Assembly (NCBI RefSeq): GCF_022539665.2
Contig: NC_081331.1
Location: 13,206,001-13,270,000 of the forward strand
Length of the DNA stretch: 64,000 nt
Direction of reading: 5' to 3'
DNA from: Daphnia carinata
Lineage: Eukaryota
Shown here: positions 62,595-64,000 of the stretch, in pieces
Numbering within the stretch: position 1 is the first letter of the stretch
Layout: the number at the start of each line of letters is the position of its first letter
Notes under the pieces: model-generated
Seen by the model: the letters and a program-made list of their open reading frames with translations, nothing else
Databases searched by the model: none
What the model was told of the DNA's origin: nothing
Translations under genes and position numbers: made by a program

Positions 62595-64000
62595 ATGGCG
62601 TCCTTAATTTCACAAGATATATGGAAAACGTGGGAAACACATGGCCACACTGAATTGTAAGTCAGTGCATCTTAGGTTTGATTAGGAAAAAAATGAAGCA
62701 ATCTGGAGTACATAGCTTCTTCATTGCTTGATTCATAAGAAAAACTTTGGTGTTTAGCAATTTAGAGATTTTTTAAATTGTATTTGATGAAGTGGCCCAT
62801 TAAAATACTTTTCTGATTATTTGCTCTAGTATGAAACTGCTTGCAGGCTGGATTGGTTCAGACAGTAGTAGTCTTCCTTCCATTGATAACAAAGGTTTGT
62901 CTCTAAATGATCTTGTGTTTCCTCATGTTATGTTATTATATATTTAGAGCTGTTTCGTGCCATATACGAGTTTTTTTGGCAAGCCATCAGAGGTGGAATA
63001 AAGAAGGATTTAGTTTTATCAGCCATTGGAGACATTTTGGTAAAATCCTTCAATTTTAACAATGTAATTGTATTCACAATTTAAACATTTTTAAAACAGG
63101 GTTTGCATGGTGATCTAGCATCAGTGACACTAGATGTTCTGAATGTCATTGATCATGAAACATTGGTAACTGAGAATAATGATGAAAGACAGAGATTGTG
63201 CAGCATGTTGAAGGAGCTGGAAAATTGGCTTAGTGATGCACTGATTAAAGAGCGGTTGGAAATTGATACCTTACAAGACTGCAGCTTACTAAAAACAAAA
63301 AAGATATTTTACACTCGTTTCATCAAAGTGAAGACAAAGTTATTTTACAAGCAGCAAAAGTTCAACCTTTTACGAGAAGAGAGTGAGGGTTATGCCAAGC
63401 TTATAACTGAACTCAATCAAGAAATAGATGATACAATAACTCCTCTATACATTTTACAAGTAAAAATTATGAATTTCCATTGGATAAAGAATTTTGTCTT
63501 TCAACGTGCCCTTTATTTGTAAAGGTTATACAGTCTTTAATTGGCTGCTTCAACTTAGATCCCAATCGTGTATTGGATGTTATTCTTGAATCGTTTGAAT
63601 GCCGGCCACAACTTCATAGTCGTCTTTTTGTTCCGCTAATTCGATCGTACATGTCCGATTCCCTGACTTTATGCGAAGTTTTAGGATTCAAATTTACGTC
63701 GTACGACCCGTCTTCTACGCCACGCTCTCTGTTCGTCATTACCGCGCTTTTACTGCAGCACGGTGTTATTCGCCTAGATGATATTTATCGTTGGCTTACA
63801 CCCAAAGACAGCGAAATCGAGGAATCTGCTGCCAAAGAATTAGCAGACGCTAAAGAATACGCTCGCCGAATGAACATCATCAGTGTACCGAAAGAAGATG
63901 ACAAAATTGAAGAATTAATTGAAGAAAGGGCACCGTACAACCAGAAGTTTGGATTATGCGAAGCTCTTCTTTCTATTGGAGCCTGGGAACAAGCTTCAAC
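62595..64000 (+). CDS. THOC2: THO complex subunit 2, 5' part (runs off the window)
   Basis: KERLEIDTL, FIKVKTKLFYKQQKFNLLREESEGYAKLITEL, SLIGCFNLDPNRVLDVILESFE, LCEVLGFKF and NQKFGLCEALL. Confidence 0.95.

Overview
Eukaryotic, AT-rich, gene-dense animal genomic DNA with mostly 55-90 nt GT-AG introns. Gene content and style suggest an arthropod, probably a Daphnia-like crustacean (inference). Thirteen spliced protein-coding genes were reconstructed by hand: RpL22 with a long H1-like extension, VPS50, a lipocalin nested antisense in a VPS50 intron, VWA8, IMMP1L, an IGF-type insulin-like peptide, myosin VI, a PDXDC1-like gene, a NUDT3/Aps-like Nudix hydrolase, an unidentified gene, a two-pore (K2P) K+ channel, a secreted two-FAS1-domain protein and the 5' part of THOC2. 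The window also has one good and one weak intronic C/D snoRNA candidate and a 2.7 kb array of palindromic repeats. The most striking signal is RpL22 intron 2. It carries duplicated stem-loops fitting the known L22-binding RNA motif, plus a complete set of U12-type splice signals nested inside the U2-type intron whose use would create a premature stop. Together these suggest a candidate autoregulatory 'twintron' switch. All boundaries were read by eye and no searches were run.
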